Source of the DNA: a phage
Reading direction: 5' to 3' (one strand)
Sequence record: PX393108.1
DNA: 64,000 nt
Shown here: positions 39,456-58,095 of the stretch, piece by piece
Numbering within the stretch: position 1 is the first letter of the stretch
Layout: each line of letters begins with the position of its first letter
The notes under the pieces: generated by a model
The model's database searches: none
The model's input: the letters and a program-made list of their open reading frames with translations, nothing else
What the model was told of the DNA's origin: nothing
Translations under genes and position numbers: made by a program

Positions 39456-41035
39456 GTAATAATACATATCAACACGTTTCTAATGAATCTCGCTATGTAA
39501 AATTTGATCCAACTGGTACAAATTTTCCGGCAGAGATTACTGATGTTCAGGCTGCTATAGCAGCCATTTCTCCTGCTGGTGTAAATGGAGTTCCTGATGC
39601 ATCATCAACAACAAAAGGAATTTTATTTCTTGCCACTGAACAGGAAGTTATCGACGGAACTGATAATACCAAAGCAGTTACACCAGCAACGTTGGCAACA
39701 AGATTATCTTATCCAAACGCAACTGAAACTGTTTATGGATTAACAAGATATTCAACCAATGATGAAGCAATTGCCGGAGTTAATAATGAATCTTCTATAA
39801 CTCCCGCTAAATTTACTGTTGCCCTTAATAATGCCTTTGAAACACGAGTTTCAACTGAATCATCAAATGGAGTTATTAAAATTTCATCTCTACCGCAAGC
39901 ATTAGCTGGCGCAGATGATACTACTGCAATGACTCCATTAAAAACGCAGCAGTTAGCTATTAAACTAATTGCACAAATCGCTCCTTCTGAATCCACAGCT
40001 ACCGAATCGGCCCAAGGTGTTGTTCAATTAGCGACAGTAGCTCAAGTTCGTCAAGGAACCTTAAGAGAAGGCTATGCAATTTCTCCTTATACGCTAATGA
40101 ATTCTACTGCTACTGAAGAATATAAAGGCGTAATTAAATTAGGAACACAATCAGAAGTTAACTCGAATAATGCTTCTGTTGCGGTTACTGGCGCAACTCT
40201 TAATGGTCGTGGTTCTACAACGTCAATGAGAGGCGTAGTTAAATTAACTACAACCGCCGGCTCACAGAGTGGAGGTGATGCTTCATCAGCACTAGCTTGG
40301 AATGCTGACGTTATCCATCAAAGAGGTGGTCAAACGATTAATGGAACACTTCGCATTAATAATACGCTCACAATAGCTTCAGGCGGAGCAAATATTACCG
40401 GAACAGTTAACATGACCGGTGGTTATATTCAGGGTAAGCGTGTTGTAACGCAGAATGAAATAGATAGAACTATTCCTGTCGGAGCTATTATGATGTGGGC
40501 GGCTGATAGCCTTCCTAGTGATGCTTGGCGCTTCTGTCATGGCGGAACTGTTTCAGCGTCGGATTGCCCATTATATGCTTCTAGAATTGGAACAAGATAC
40601 GGCGGAAGCTCATCAAATCCTGGATTACCTGATATGCGTGGTCTTTTTGTTCGTGGCTCTGGTCGTGGCTCTCACTTAACAAATCCAAATGTTAATGGTA
40701 ATGACCAATTTGGTAAGCCTAGATTAGGTGTAGGTTGTACCGGTGGATATGTTGGTGAAGTACAAAAACAGCAGATGTCTTATCATAAACACGCTGGCGG
40801 ATTTGGTGAGCATGATGATTCTGGAGCATTCGGTAATACCCGTAGATCAAATTTTGTTGGTACACGTAAAGGACTTGACTGGGATAACCGTTCATATTTC
40901 ACCAATGACGGATATGAAATTGACCCAGCATCACAACGAAATTCCAAATATACATTAAATCGTCCTGAATTAATTGGAAATGAAACACGTCCATGGAACA
41001 TTTCTTTAAACTACATAATTAAGGTAAAAGAATGA
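39452..41035 (+). CDS. 12: gp12 short tail fibre
   Basis: 527 aa. Confidence 0.95.
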   Translation: MSNNTYQHVSNESRYVKFDPTGTNFPAEITDVQAAIAAISPAGVNGVPDASSTTKGILFLATEQEVIDGTDNTKAVTPATLATRLSYPNATETVYGLTRYSTNDEAIAGVNNESSITPAKFTVALNNAFETRVSTESSNGVIKISSLPQALAGADDTTAMTPLKTQQLAIKLIAQIAPSESTATESAQGVVQLATVAQVRQGTLREGYAISPYTLMNSTATEEYKGVIKLGTQSEVNSNNASVAVTGATLNGRGSTTSMRGVVKLTTTAGSQSGGDASSALAWNADVIHQRGGQTINGTLRINNTLTIASGGANITGTVNMTGGYIQGKRVVTQNEIDRTIPVGAIMMWAADSLPSDAWRFCHGGTVSASDCPLYASRIGTRYGGSSSNPGLPDMRGLFVRGSGRGSHLTNPNVNGNDQFGKPRLGVGCTGGYVGEVQKQQMSYHKHAGGFGEHDDSGAFGNTRRSNFVGTRKGLDWDNRSYFTNDGYEIDPASQRNSKYTLNRPELIGNETRPWNISLNYIIKVKE

Positions 41036-42495
41036 CAGATATTGTACTGAATGACTTACCATTCGTTGACGGCCCTCCTGCAGAGGGCCAGAGCCGCATT
41101 TCCTGGATTAAAAACGGCGAAGAAATATTAGGAGCTGACACACAATATGGAAGTGAAGGCTCAATGAATAGACCTACAGTTTCTGTACTAAGAAATGTTG
41201 AAGTTCTTGATAAAAACATTGGAATACTTAAAACATCTTTAGAAACCGCAAATAGTGATATTAAAACAATTCAGGGCATCTTAGATGTATCTGGCGATAT
41301 TGAAGCTTTGGCCCAAATAAGTATCAATAAAAAGGATATTTCTGACCTTAAAACGCTAACCAGTGAACATACAGAAATATTAAATGGGACTAATAGTACG
41401 GTTGACAGCATTCTTGCTGATATTGGTCCATTTAACTCCGAGGCCAACTCTGTATACAGAACGATCAGAAATGATTTACTGTGGATAAAGCGTGAACTTG
41501 GGCAATATACAGGCCAAGATATTAATGGTCTTCCTGTTGTAGGAAATCCTAGCACAGGAATGAAGCATCGCATTATTAATAATACTGATGTCATCACTTC
41601 ACAGGGAATACGTTTAAGCGAATTAGAAACAAAATTTATTGAATCTGATGTAGGTTCTTTAACTATTGAAGTTGGTAATCTTCGTGAAGAGCTTGGACCT
41701 AAACCACCATCGTTTTCACAAACCGTCTACAGCCGCTTAAATGAAATTGACACTAAACAGACAACAGTTGAGTCTGACATTAGTGCTATTAAGACCTCAA
41801 TAGGATATCCAGGAAATAATTCGATTATCACGAGTGTTAATACAAACACTGATAATATTGCATCTATTAATTTAGAGCTAAATCAAAGTGGAGGTATTAA
41901 ACAGCGTTTAACCGTTATTGAAACTTCTATTGGTTCAGATGATATTCCTTCGAGTATTAAAGGTCAAATCAAAGATAATACGACTTCAATTGAAGCTTTA
42001 AATGGAATCGTCGGTGAAAACACTTCATCCGGTTTAAGAGCGAATGTTTCGTGGTTAAACCAAATTGTTGGAACTGATTCTAGCGGTGGACAACCTTCTC
42101 CTCCTGGGTCTCTTTTAAACCGAGTTTCTACAATTGAAACTTCTGTTTCAAGCTTGAACAACGATGTTCAAAACCTACAAGTAGAGATTGGTAATAACAG
42201 CACAGGAATTAAAGGGCAAGTTGTAGCATTAAATACTTTAGTAAATGGAACTAATCCAAACGGTTCAACTGTCGAAGAACGTGGATTAACCAATTCAATA
42301 AAAGCTAACGAAACCAACATTGCATCAGTTACACAAGAAGTGAATACAGCCAAAGGTAGTATATCTTCTCTGCAAGGTGATGTTCAAGCTCTACAAGAAG
42401 CAGGTTATATTCCTGAAGCTCCAAAAGATGGTCAAGCTTACGTTCGTAAAGACGGCGAATGGGTATTACTTTCTACCTTTTTATCACCAGCATAA
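41032..42495 (+). CDS. wac: fibritin (whisker antigen control)
   Basis: 487 aa coiled-coil; C-terminal foldon [27 protein letters not shown]. Confidence 0.97.
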   Translation: MTDIVLNDLPFVDGPPAEGQSRISWIKNGEEILGADTQYGSEGSMNRPTVSVLRNVEVLDKNIGILKTSLETANSDIKTIQGILDVSGDIEALAQISINKKDISDLKTLTSEHTEILNGTNSTVDSILADIGPFNSEANSVYRTIRNDLLWIKRELGQYTGQDINGLPVVGNPSTGMKHRIINNTDVITSQGIRLSELETKFIESDVGSLTIEVGNLREELGPKPPSFSQTVYSRLNEIDTKQTTVESDISAIKTSIGYPGNNSIITSVNTNTDNIASINLELNQSGGIKQRLTVIETSIGSDDIPSSIKGQIKDNTTSIEALNGIVGENTSSGLRANVSWLNQIVGTDSSGGQPSPPGSLLNRVSTIETSVSSLNNDVQNLQVEIGNNSTGIKGQVVALNTLVNGTNPNGSTVEERGLTNSIKANETNIASVTQEVNTAKGSISSLQGDVQALQEAGYIPEAPKDGQAYVRKDGEWVLLSTFLSPA

Positions 42496-42496
42496 C

Positions 42497-42512
42497 ATGG
42501 GGCCGCAAGGCC
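42497..42512 (+). terminator. GC hairpin after wac (weak terminator)
   Basis: GGGGCC-GCAA-GGCCCC. Confidence 0.4.
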
Positions 42513-42527
42513 CCAAAGGATTTTTAA

Positions 42528-44229
<1,702 letters not shown>

Positions 44230-44270
44230 TAAATATTATAAACTAATTAAAGCCCAGATTAGGAGAAATC

Positions 44271-47411
<3,141 letters not shown>

Positions 47412-47439
47412 TATTAAAGCATATTAAAGAGGATTAAAA

Positions 47440-49419
47440 ATGACTTTATTATCTCCGGGCATTGAGCTCAAAGAAACTACGGTTCAAAGCACCGTGGTTA
47501 ATAACTCTACTGGTACAGCAGCTTTGGCCGGTAAATTCCAGTGGGGTCCTGCTTTTCAAATTAAACAGGTTACAAATGAAGTAGATTTAGTTAATACTTT
47601 TGGTCAACCTACAGCTGAAACTGCTGACTATTTTATGTCTGCAATGAATTTCTTACAATACGGAAATGATTTGCGAGTTGTGCGTGCTGTCGATAGAGAT
47701 ACCGCTAAAAACTCATCTCCAATTGCCGGTAATATTGAATACACTATTTCTACCCCAGGTAGTAACTACGCGGTTGGAGATAAAATCACGGTTAAGTATG
47801 TTTCAGAAGACATTGAAACAGAATGTAAAGTTACCGAAGTAGATGCTGATGGAAAAATTAAGAAAATTAATATTCCTACCGCAAAAATTATCGCTAAAGC
47901 GAAAGAAGTAGGCGAATATCCAGAATTAGGTTCTAACTGGACCGCGGAAATTTCTTCGTCTTCCTCTGGTTTAGCTGCAGTAATAACTCTTGGAAAAATT
48001 ATTACTGATTCTGGTATTTTATTAGCTGAAATTGAAAATGCCGAAGCTGCTATGACAGCGGTTGAATTTCAAGCAAATCTCGAAAAATATGGAATTCCAG
48101 GAGTAGTAGCTCTTTATCCAGGCGAGTTGGGCGATAAAATCGAAATCGAAATCGTATCTAAAGCTGACTACGCAAAAGGGGCTTCTGCATTACTTCCAAT
48201 TTATCCAGGTGGCGGAACACGCGCATCTACTGCCAAAGCAGTGTTTGGATATGGACCACAAACTGATTCACAATACGCTATTATAGTTCGTCGCAATGAT
48301 GCTATTGTTCAAAGCGTTGTTCTTTCAACGAAGCGTGGTGAAAAAGATATTTACGATAGTAACATTTATATTGATGACTTTTTCGCAAAAGGTGGTTCAG
48401 AATATATTTTTGCAACTGCACAAAACTGGCCAGAAGGCTTCTCTGGAATTTTAACTCTGTCTGGCGGATTATCGTCAAATGCTGAAGTAACAGCAGGAGA
48501 TTTGATGGAAGCTTGGGACTTCTTTGCTGACCGCGAATCTGTTGATGTTCAGTTGTTTATTGCGGGTTCTTGCGCCGGCGAATCTTTAGAAACAGCATCT
48601 ACTGTCCAAAAACACGTCGTTTCAATTGGTGATGCTCGCCAAGATTGCTTAGTACTGTGCTCACCACCGCGTGAAACTGTAGTTGGAATTCCTGTAACTC
48701 GTGCTGTTGATAACTTAGTCAATTGGAGAACTGCAGCAGGTTCATACACTGATAACAACTTTAATATCAGTTCAACCTATGCAGCAATCGATGGTAACTA
48801 CAAGTATCAGTATGACAAATATAATGATGTGAATCGTTGGGTTCCATTAGCAGCTGATATTGCTGGTTTGTGTGCAAGAACTGATAACGTTTCTCAGACT
48901 TGGATGTCTCCAGCTGGTTATAATCGTGGCCAGATTCTTAACGTTATTAAACTTGCTATTGAAACTCGCCAGGCACAACGCGACCGTTTATATCAAGAAG
49001 CTATCAACCCGGTAACCGGTACAGGTGGTGATGGTTACGTATTGTATGGTGATAAAACAGCTACTTCTGTTCCTTCTCCATTTGATCGTATTAACGTTCG
49101 TCGTCTGTTTAATATGTTGAAAACGAATATCGGACGTAGTTCAAAATATCGTTTGTTCGAATTAAACAACGCGTTTACTCGTTCATCGTTCCGCACAGAA
49201 ACTTCCCAGTACTTGCAGGGAATTAAAGCTCTCGGTGGAATTTATGAATATCGTGTAGTTTGCGATACAACAAATAACACTCCGTCAGTAATTGATAGAA
49301 ATGAGTTTGTTGCAACATTCTACATTCAACCGGCTAGAAGCATTAACTACATTACCTTAAACTTCGTAGCAACTGCTACTGGTGCAGATTTCGATGAGTT
49401 AACTGGTCTTGCAGGTTAA
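47440..49419 (+). CDS. 18: gp18 tail sheath protein
   Basis: 659 aa. Confidence 0.97.
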   Translation: MTLLSPGIELKETTVQSTVVNNSTGTAALAGKFQWGPAFQIKQVTNEVDLVNTFGQPTAETADYFMSAMNFLQYGNDLRVVRAVDRDTAKNSSPIAGNIEYTISTPGSNYAVGDKITVKYVSEDIETECKVTEVDADGKIKKINIPTAKIIAKAKEVGEYPELGSNWTAEISSSSSGLAAVITLGKIITDSGILLAEIENAEAAMTAVEFQANLEKYGIPGVVALYPGELGDKIEIEIVSKADYAKGASALLPIYPGGGTRASTAKAVFGYGPQTDSQYAIIVRRNDAIVQSVVLSTKRGEKDIYDSNIYIDDFFAKGGSEYIFATAQNWPEGFSGILTLSGGLSSNAEVTAGDLMEAWDFFADRESVDVQLFIAGSCAGESLETASTVQKHVVSIGDARQDCLVLCSPPRETVVGIPVTRAVDNLVNWRTAAGSYTDNNFNISSTYAAIDGNYKYQYDKYNDVNRWVPLAADIAGLCARTDNVSQTWMSPAGYNRGQILNVIKLAIETRQAQRDRLYQEAINPVTGTGGDGYVLYGDKTATSVPSPFDRINVRRLFNMLKTNIGRSSKYRLFELNNAFTRSSFRTETSQYLQGIKALGGIYEYRVVCDTTNNTPSVIDRNEFVATFYIQPARSINYITLNFVATATGADFDELTGLAG

Positions 49420-49454
49420 TACGGTGCATTCTAAAGGCCTGTTTCGGCAGGCCA

Positions 49455-49521
49455 TATAAATACACTATATCCTTAATTCTTTAATTCTATATGCCCTAGG
49501 TTAAACATAGGGATATAAATA
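49455..49521 (+). promoter_or_regulatory. two late promoters TATAAATA (49455-49462 and 49514-49521) for gene 19
   Basis: Exact matches in the 18-19 intergenic region, after a GC hairpin at 49437-49454. Confidence 0.5.
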
Positions 49522-49535
49522 CTACAGAGGCTAAT

Positions 49536-50027
49536 ATGTTTGTAGATGATGTAACACGAGCGTTTGAATCTGGTGATTTTGCTCGACCTAACTTATTCCA
49601 AGTAGAAATTTCTTATCTTGGACAAAATTTTACGTTTCAATGTAAAGCCACTGCTTTACCAGCTGGTATTGTAGAAAAAATTCCAGTCGGATTTATGAAC
49701 CGTAAAATTAACGTAGCAGGCGATCGTACATTCGATGACTGGACTGTTACAGTAATGAACGATGAGGCACATGATGCTCGCCAGAAGTTTGTTGATTGGC
49801 AAAGCATTGCTGCTGGGCAAGGGAACGAAATTACTGGTGGAAAACCAGCAGAGTATAAAAAGAGCGCTGTTGTTCGCCAATATGCTCGTGACGCTAAAAC
49901 TGTAACAAAAGAAGTCGAAATTAAAGGCCTGTGGCCTACCAACGTGGGTGAACTTCAATTAGATTGGGATTCAAACAATGAAATCCAAACCTTTGAAGTA
50001 ACTCTCGCTCTCGATTATTGGGAATAA
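49536..50027 (+). CDS. 19: gp19 tail tube protein
   Basis: 163 aa. Confidence 0.97.
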   Translation: MFVDDVTRAFESGDFARPNLFQVEISYLGQNFTFQCKATALPAGIVEKIPVGFMNRKINVAGDRTFDDWTVTVMNDEAHDARQKFVDWQSIAAGQGNEITGGKPAEYKKSAVVRQYARDAKTVTKEVEIKGLWPTNVGELQLDWDSNNEIQTFEVTLALDYWE

Positions 50028-50033
50028 AATGAA

Positions 50034-50047
50034 TGGGGAGAAATCCC
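50034..50047 (+). terminator. GC hairpin after gene 19
   Basis: GGGGA-GAAA-TCCCC. Confidence 0.4.
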
Positions 50048-50059
50048 CATCCTGCTTAA

Positions 50060-51684
<1,625 letters not shown>

Positions 51685-51685
<1 letters not shown>

Positions 51686-51918
51686 TGGAAGGTTTAATTG
51701 AAGCTATTAAATCAAACGACCTCGTAGCCGCTCGTAAATTCTTTGCTGAAGCCATGGCTGCAAGAACGATTGATTTAATTAAAGAAGAAAAAATCGCTAT
51801 CGCTCGTAATTTCTTAATCGAAGGTGAAGAACCTGAAGACGAGGATGATGACGAAGATAGCGATGATAAAGACGACAAAAAAGACAAAGACTCTGACGAA
51901 GACGAGGATGATGAATAA
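51685..51918 (+). CDS. 67: gp67 prohead core protein (acidic tail)
   Basis: 77 aa; poly-Asp/Glu C-terminus. Confidence 0.9.
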
Positions 51919-52343
51919 TGCTTCTGATCCCTGAAACTCATGAATTAGTTCTCGAGAATGTCGAAGCACTTATTCCTGAAGCACAGGGTCGCTTTGACGA
52001 ATTGTCTTCTGCTTTAAATAAAGACGATATAAATACAATTATCGAGAATATGCTTGATGATGAAACTGATTTAGCAGTTGCATTAGCTTCTATTAATGAA
52101 AATATGCCGTTAAATGAATTCATTGTTAAGCATGTTTCAGCTCGTGGTGAAATTACACGTACTAAAGACCGCAAAACGCGCGAACGTAATGCATTTCAAA
52201 CCACTGGGCTGTCTAAAGCAAAACGTAGACAAATTGCTCGCAAAGCTACCAAAACGAAGATTGCCAATCCAGCAGGTCAATCTCGTGCTCAGCGTAAGCG
52301 TAAAAAAGCTCTTAAACGCCGTAAAGCATTAGGATTAAGCTAA
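51918..52343 (+). CDS. 68: gp68 prohead core protein
   Basis: 141 aa. Confidence 0.9.
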   Translation: MLLIPETHELVLENVEALIPEAQGRFDELSSALNKDDINTIIENMLDDETDLAVALASINENMPLNEFIVKHVSARGEITRTKDRKTRERNAFQTTGLSKAKRRQIARKATKTKIANPAGQSRAQRKRKKALKRRKALGLS

Positions 52344-52981
52344 TGAATGAACCCCAATTACTAATTGAAACTTGGGGTCAACCTGGCGAAATTATTGATG
52401 GCGTGCCAATGCTTGAATCTCATGATGGAAAAGACTTAGGTTTAAAACCTGGTTTATACATCGAAGGAATATTCATGCAAGCGGAAGTCGTCAATAGAAA
52501 TAAACGTCTTTATCCAAAACGCATATTAGAAAAAGCGGTAAAAGACTATATCAATGAGCAAGTTTTAACAAAACAAGCTCTCGGAGAATTAAATCATCCT
52601 CCACGCGCTAATGTTGACCCGATGCAAGCCGCTATCATTATAGAAGATATGTGGTGGAAAGGAAATGACGTATACGGACGAGCTCGTGTTATTGAAGGTG
52701 ACCACGGTCCTGGAGATAAATTAGCAGCTAATATTCGTGCCGGATGGATTCCAGGAGTTTCTTCTCGTGGATTAGGTTCATTGACTGACACAAATAAAGG
52801 TTATCGTATCGTAAACGAAGGATTCAAATTAACTGTAGGTGTTGATGCAGTATGGGGTCCAAGTGCTCCAGATGCATGGGTAACTCCTAAGGAAATTACC
52901 GAATCACAGACGGCGGAAGCCGATACAAGTGCCGATGACGCCTATATGGCTCTCGCAGAGGCCATGAAAAAAGCGTTATAA
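52343..52981 (+). CDS. 21: gp21 prohead core protease
   Basis: 212 aa. Confidence 0.95.
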   Translation: MNEPQLLIETWGQPGEIIDGVPMLESHDGKDLGLKPGLYIEGIFMQAEVVNRNKRLYPKRILEKAVKDYINEQVLTKQALGELNHPPRANVDPMQAAIIIEDMWWKGNDVYGRARVIEGDHGPGDKLAANIRAGWIPGVSSRGLGSLTDTNKGYRIVNEGFKLTVGVDAVWGPSAPDAWVTPKEITESQTAEADTSADDAYMALAEAMKKAL

Positions 52982-53011
52982 ATATTATTATCTAAACAAC
53001 AGGACTACAAA

Positions 53012-53821
53012 ATGCTTAAAGAACAACTGATTGCTGAAGCGCAAAAAATTGATGCTTCCGTTGCTCTTGATAGTATTTTCGAATCAGTTAATATTTCTCC
53101 GGAAGCAAAAGAAACTTTCGGCACTGTATTCGAAGCTACCGTCAAGCAGCACGCCGTTAAATTAGCTGAATCTCATATCGCTAAAATTGCTGAAAAAGCA
53201 GAAGAAGAAGTAGAAAAAAATAAAGAAGAAGCCGAAGAAAAAGCTGAGAAGAAAATCGCTGAGCAAGCTTCTAAATTCATTGACCATCTTGCGAAAGAAT
53301 GGCTCGCTGAAAATAAATTAGCAGTTGATAAAGGCATCAAAGCCGAACTGTTTGAATCCATGCTTGGTGGATTAAAAGAGCTCTTTGTTGAACACAACGT
53401 TGTTGTTCCAGAAGAATCAGTTGATGTTGTGGCTGAAATGGAAGAAGAGCTGCAAGAACATAAAGAAGAATCAGCTCGTCTGTTCGAAGAACTCAATAAG
53501 CGTGACGCATATATCAATTATGTGCAGCGTGAAGTGGCATTGAGCGAAAGTACTAAAGATCTGACTGAGTCTCAAAAAGAAAAAGTCTCTGCTCTGGTCG
53601 AAGGTATGGATTATTCAGATGAATTCTCAAGTAAATTGAGTGCCATCGTAGAAATGGTGAAGAAGTCTAATAAAGATGAAAGCACTATTACTGAGGGTAT
53701 AAATACTCCTGATACTGAAGCAGCCGGACTGAATTTCGTCACTGAAGCTGTAGAAGATAAAGCTGCACCTGGTGCAGAAGATATTGTAAGTGTATATGCG
53801 AAAGTCGCATCTCGTTTCTAA
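53012..53821 (+). CDS. 22: gp22 prohead core scaffold protein
   Basis: 269 aa, Glu/Lys-rich coiled coil. Confidence 0.95.
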   Translation: MLKEQLIAEAQKIDASVALDSIFESVNISPEAKETFGTVFEATVKQHAVKLAESHIAKIAEKAEEEVEKNKEEAEEKAEKKIAEQASKFIDHLAKEWLAENKLAVDKGIKAELFESMLGGLKELFVEHNVVVPEESVDVVAEMEEELQEHKEESARLFEELNKRDAYINYVQREVALSESTKDLTESQKEKVSALVEGMDYSDEFSSKLSAIVEMVKKSNKDESTITEGINTPDTEAAGLNFVTEAVEDKAAPGAEDIVSVYAKVASRF

Positions 53822-53839
53822 TTTTAAAGGTTAACACAA

Positions 53840-55405
53840 ATGACTATCAAAACTAAAGCTGAACTTTTGAACAAATGGAAGCCATTACTGGAAGGTGAAG
53901 GTTTACCGGAAATTGCTAATAGCAAACAAGCGATTATCGCTAAAATCTTTGAAAACCAGGAAAAAGATTTCCAGACAGCTCCAGAGTACAAAGACGAAAA
54001 AATCGCTCAGGCGTTCGGTTCTTTCTTAACAGAAGCTGAAATCGGTGGTGACCACGGTTACAACGCTACTAACATCGCTGCTGGTCAGACTTCTGGCGCA
54101 GTAACTCAGATTGGCCCAGCTGTTATGGGTATGGTACGTCGTGCTATTCCTAACCTGATTGCTTTCGATATTTGCGGTGTTCAGCCGATGAACAGCCCGA
54201 CTGGCCAGGTATTCGCACTGCGCGCAGTATATGGTAAAGACCCAATCGCTTCCGGTGCTAAAGAAGCATTCCACCCAATGTATGGTCCAGATGCAATGTT
54301 CTCTGGTCAGGGTGCTGCTAAGAAATTCCCGGCTCTGGCTGCTAGCACAGAAACCACAGTAGGTGATATCTATACTCACTTCTTCCAGGACACTGGTACT
54401 GTGTATCTGCAGGCTTCTGCTCAAGTAACAATTAGTGCAAGCGCAACTGATGCAGCTAAATTAGATGCTGAAATTAAGAAACAAATGGAAGCTGGTGCAT
54501 TGGTAGAAATCGCTGAAGGTATGGCTACTTCTATCGCTGAACTCCAGGAAGGTTTCAACGGTTCTACCGATAACCCATGGAATGAAATGGGCTTCCGTAT
54601 CGATAAACAAGTTATCGAAGCTAAATCTCGCCAGCTGAAAGCTGCTTACTCTATCGAATTAGCACAAGACCTCCGCGCTGTTCACGGTATGGATGCTGAT
54701 GCTGAACTGTCTGGTATTCTGGCTACCGAAATCATGCTGGAAATCAACCGTGAAGTTGTTGATTGGATTAACTACTCGGCTCAGGTTGGTAAATCTGGTA
54801 TGACCTTGACTCCAGGTTCTAAAGCTGGTGTATTTGACTTCCAGGATCCGATTGATATTCGTGGTGCTCGCTGGGCGGGTGAATCCTTTAAAGCTCTGTT
54901 GTTCCAGATTGACAAAGAAGCAGTTGAAATTGCTCGTCAGACCGGTCGTGGTGAAGGTAACTTCATTATCGCTTCCCGTAACGTAGTTAACGTTCTGGCT
55001 TCAGTTGATACTGGCATTTCTTATGCTGCACAAGGTCTGGCTACCGGCTTTAACACTGATACTACCAAGTCAGTATTTGCTGGTGTTCTGGGTGGTAAAT
55101 ACCGTGTATATATCGACCAGTATGCTAAACAGGATTATTTCACTGTAGGTTATAAAGGTCCGAACGAAATGGATGCTGGTATTTACTACGCTCCATATGT
55201 AGCTCTGACTCCGCTGCGTGGTTCCGATCCGAAGAACTTCCAACCAGTAATGGGATTCAAAACTCGTTACGGTATCGGTATCAACCCATTTGCAGAATCC
55301 GCTGCTCAGGCTCCGGCTTCTCGCATCCAGAGCGGTATGCCTTCTATTCTGAATAGCCTTGGTAAAAACGCTTACTTCCGCCGTGTATATGTTAAAGGTA
55401 TCTAA
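53840..55405 (+). CDS. 23: gp23 major capsid protein
   Basis: 521 aa; MTIKTKAELLNKWKPLLEGEG... Confidence 0.98.
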   Translation: MTIKTKAELLNKWKPLLEGEGLPEIANSKQAIIAKIFENQEKDFQTAPEYKDEKIAQAFGSFLTEAEIGGDHGYNATNIAAGQTSGAVTQIGPAVMGMVRRAIPNLIAFDICGVQPMNSPTGQVFALRAVYGKDPIASGAKEAFHPMYGPDAMFSGQGAAKKFPALAASTETTVGDIYTHFFQDTGTVYLQASAQVTISASATDAAKLDAEIKKQMEAGALVEIAEGMATSIAELQEGFNGSTDNPWNEMGFRIDKQVIEAKSRQLKAAYSIELAQDLRAVHGMDADAELSGILATEIMLEINREVVDWINYSAQVGKSGMTLTPGSKAGVFDFQDPIDIRGARWAGESFKALLFQIDKEAVEIARQTGRGEGNFIIASRNVVNVLASVDTGISYAAQGLATGFNTDTTKSVFAGVLGGKYRVYIDQYAKQDYFTVGYKGPNEMDAGIYYAPYVALTPLRGSDPKNFQPVMGFKTRYGIGINPFAESAAQAPASRIQSGMPSILNSLGKNAYFRRVYVKGI

Positions 55406-55420
55406 TCTTTGACGATTTAA

Positions 55421-55445
55421 GGGACCTTCGGGTCCCTTTAGTTGT
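55421..55445 (+). terminator. intrinsic terminator after gene 23
   Basis: GGGACC-TTCG-GGTCCC plus T-rich tail. Confidence 0.6.
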
Positions 55446-55453
55446 TTTTATGG

Positions 55454-55461
55454 TATAAATA
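55454..55461 (+). promoter_or_regulatory. late promoter TATAAATA for gene 24
   Basis: Exact match. Confidence 0.55.
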
Positions 55462-55488
55462 AATCATATAAACCAAAAGGAAAGCGCA

Positions 55489-56772
55489 ATGGCTAAAATC
55501 AACGAACTTCTGCGCGAATCAACCACAACGAATAGCAACTCAATCGGTCGCCCAAATCTCGTTGCTTTGACTCGCGCTACCACTAAATTAATATATTCTG
55601 ACATTGTAGCAACGCAAAGAACTAATCAACCTGTTGCTGCTTTTTATGGTATCAAATACCTTAATCCAGATAACGAATTTACATTTAAAACTGGTGCTAC
55701 TTACGCTGGCGAAGCTGGGTACGTAGACCGAGAACAAATCACAGAATTAACAGAAGAGTCTAAATTAACTCTCAATAAAGGCGATTTATTCAAATATAAT
55801 AATATCGTTTATAAAGTATTAGAAGATACACCATTTGCTGATATTGAAGAAAGCGATTTAGAATTAGCTCTTCAGATTGCAATTGTTCTTTTAAAGGTTC
55901 GTCTATTTTCTGATGCTGCAGTAACAAGCAAATTTGAAAGCTCTGATAGCGAAATTGCGGATGCTAGATTCCAGATTAATAAATGGCAAACCGCAGTTAA
56001 ATCTCGTAAACTTAAAACTGGCATTACAGTTGAATTAGCACAAGATTTAGAAGCAAATGGATTCGATGCTCCTAATTTCTTGGAAGATTTGCTTGCAACT
56101 GAAATGGCAGATGAAATCAATAAAGATATTCTGCAATCTTTGATTACAGTATCAAAACGTTATAAAGTTACAGGAATTACTGATACTGGATTCATTGATT
56201 TGAGTTATGCATCTGCACCTGAAGCTGGTCGTTCATTATATCGAATGGTATGTGAAATGGTTTCACATATCCAAAAAGAATCAACTTATACTGCAACGTT
56301 CTGTGTTGCTTCAGCTCGTGCCGCTGCGATTCTTGCTGCATCAGGTTGGTTAAAACATAAACCAGAAGATGATAAATATCTTTCACAAAATGCCTACGGG
56401 TTCTTAGCTAATGGTTTACCGCTTTATTGCGATACTAACAGCCCATTAGATTATGTAATCGTTGGTGTAGTAGAAAATATTGGCGAAAAAGAAATTGTTG
56501 GATCAATTTTCTATGCTCCGTATACAGAAGGTCTTGACTTAGATGACCCTGAACATGTAGGTGCATTTAAAGTTGTAGTTGATCCAGAAAGCTTACAACC
56601 ATCTATCGGTTTATTGGTTAGATATGCTTTATCTGCAAATCCTTACACTGTAGCAAAAGATGAAAAAGAAGCAAGAATAATTGATGGTGGAGACATGGAT
56701 AAAATGGCGGGTCGTTCAGATTTGTCTGTTTTATTAGGTGTTAAATTACCAAAAATTATCGTTGATGAATAA
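55489..56772 (+). CDS. 24: gp24 capsid vertex protein
   Basis: 427 aa. Confidence 0.95.
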   Translation: MAKINELLRESTTTNSNSIGRPNLVALTRATTKLIYSDIVATQRTNQPVAAFYGIKYLNPDNEFTFKTGATYAGEAGYVDREQITELTEESKLTLNKGDLFKYNNIVYKVLEDTPFADIEESDLELALQIAIVLLKVRLFSDAAVTSKFESSDSEIADARFQINKWQTAVKSRKLKTGITVELAQDLEANGFDAPNFLEDLLATEMADEINKDILQSLITVSKRYKVTGITDTGFIDLSYASAPEAGRSLYRMVCEMVSHIQKESTYTATFCVASARAAAILAASGWLKHKPEDDKYLSQNAYGFLANGLPLYCDTNSPLDYVIVGVVENIGEKEIVGSIFYAPYTEGLDLDDPEHVGAFKVVVDPESLQPSIGLLVRYALSANPYTVAKDEKEARIIDGGDMDKMAGRSDLSVLLGVKLPKIIVDE

Positions 56773-56778
56773 AACAAA

Positions 56779-56800
56779 GGGACCGAAAGGTCCCTTTTTT
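56779..56800. terminator. bidirectional intrinsic terminator between convergent genes 24 and rnlB
   Basis: GGGACC-GAAA-GGTCCC flanked by A-run and T-run. Confidence 0.65.
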
Positions 56801-56802
56801 AT

Positions 56803-57807
56803 TTAACTTACCAATTCAATCCAAGCCGGACGAAGTACATCTTGTACCATTTTAACTAATTCCTTTTTAATCAAAGAAGGATTATCCGCTTGAGTTAAAG
56901 TAATACCTTCACGAGAAGTTTCTTCCAAAATATCTTGAACAGTTAGTCCCATCACCTTTCCAAAATCCTTTGGACCAATTTCGCCAATTTTAGAAATAAC
57001 GTTATTTACTCGGTTCAGTGTAACGTAGCAAGCTAAAATTCCCAGCAATTTATTATCAGCTTCTGACAGCTTAACTTTAGCTTTAATAGGCTTATCAGAC
57101 TTTTTCTTTTCGCTAAATTTAGAGTTCTTGCATTTGATAGCTACGCGATTACCATTAGGCATCCAAGAAGGATAACAAGGTTTCAATACATAACCTTCAG
57201 CAGTAAATACTTCGCCTTTTGCTTCGGCATTCCAAACGCATTTATTTGCATCAACTAATCCAGCGTGGTCTACCGTAAAATTATAATCCTGGACGACAGA
57301 ATCTAAATCATTTGGCAATTTAATAAGTTCTTCAAATTTACCACGACCCAAAAGTGGAGCCATTTTAAATTTGAATGTATTACAGAATGATTCCATCATA
57401 TAATCATCGACATAAGTCACATCACCACTTTCTGTAGTAACAATAATGTCAAATACATAAAAATCTTTATCACCATAATCGACATTCTTCTGAATGCCAG
57501 GTCCAGCGAATTCGCCGAAGACTTGATAAGATACAACCGCTGAAGTTTCCATAATATCTTGTACTGCTTTAATGGAATCAGCGTAATTCTTCAAAATAAT
57601 TTCATACCCAAAGAAATCTTCAGCAGGAAGAATCGGTCCAGTACGTTTAGCACAAGTTACTTTATCACGCTCAATAATCAATGAAAAGTTTGTACCATGA
57701 ATCTTTTCACGAGCTACCCATTCGCCGCCAGTCAATCCTAAACTGTAAAGTTTTTCAATGAATTTAGAATTGTAATGATTTTCAAGACTGCTATACTTTT
57801 TAAACAT
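56803..57807 (-). CDS. rnlB: RNA ligase 2 (RnlB)
   Basis: 334 aa; ligase motif I EKIHGTN. Confidence 0.9.
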   Translation of the reverse strand: MFKKYSSLENHYNSKFIEKLYSLGLTGGEWVAREKIHGTNFSLIIERDKVTCAKRTGPILPAEDFFGYEIILKNYADSIKAVQDIMETSAVVSYQVFGEFAGPGIQKNVDYGDKDFYVFDIIVTTESGDVTYVDDYMMESFCNTFKFKMAPLLGRGKFEELIKLPNDLDSVVQDYNFTVDHAGLVDANKCVWNAEAKGEVFTAEGYVLKPCYPSWMPNGNRVAIKCKNSKFSEKKKSDKPIKAKVKLSEADNKLLGILACYVTLNRVNNVISKIGEIGPKDFGKVMGLTVQDILEETSREGITLTQADNPSLIKKELVKMVQDVLRPAWIELVS

Positions 57808-57816
57808 AATTAATCC

Positions 57817-58095
57817 TCAAAATGTAATTTCTAACCAATCACCATCACGCTGATCACTATTGACTTTAAAGCTAAATCCTTCTTTTCTCAGCCAATCACC
57901 AATTTCTTCAGTAATCAATTTATCGCGAGCAGTACAATAATAACTAAAATATGTTTTACCTTGCTCAGCTGCTTTATTAGCAAGTTCCGAAAAATCTTTA
58001 ATAAAACACTCTAGTTTAAACTGTTTACTTTTAAGTGCTTTTTCGCGTAATTGATTAGCGAAAGATTCATTTTCATAAAGATCATACTGTTCCAT
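57817..58095 (-). CDS. 24.2: 24.2-like protein
   Basis: 92 aa ORF in T4 position. Confidence 0.6.
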   Translation of the reverse strand: MEQYDLYENESFANQLREKALKSKQFKLECFIKDFSELANKAAEQGKTYFSYYCTARDKLITEEIGDWLRKEGFSFKVNSDQRDGDWLEITF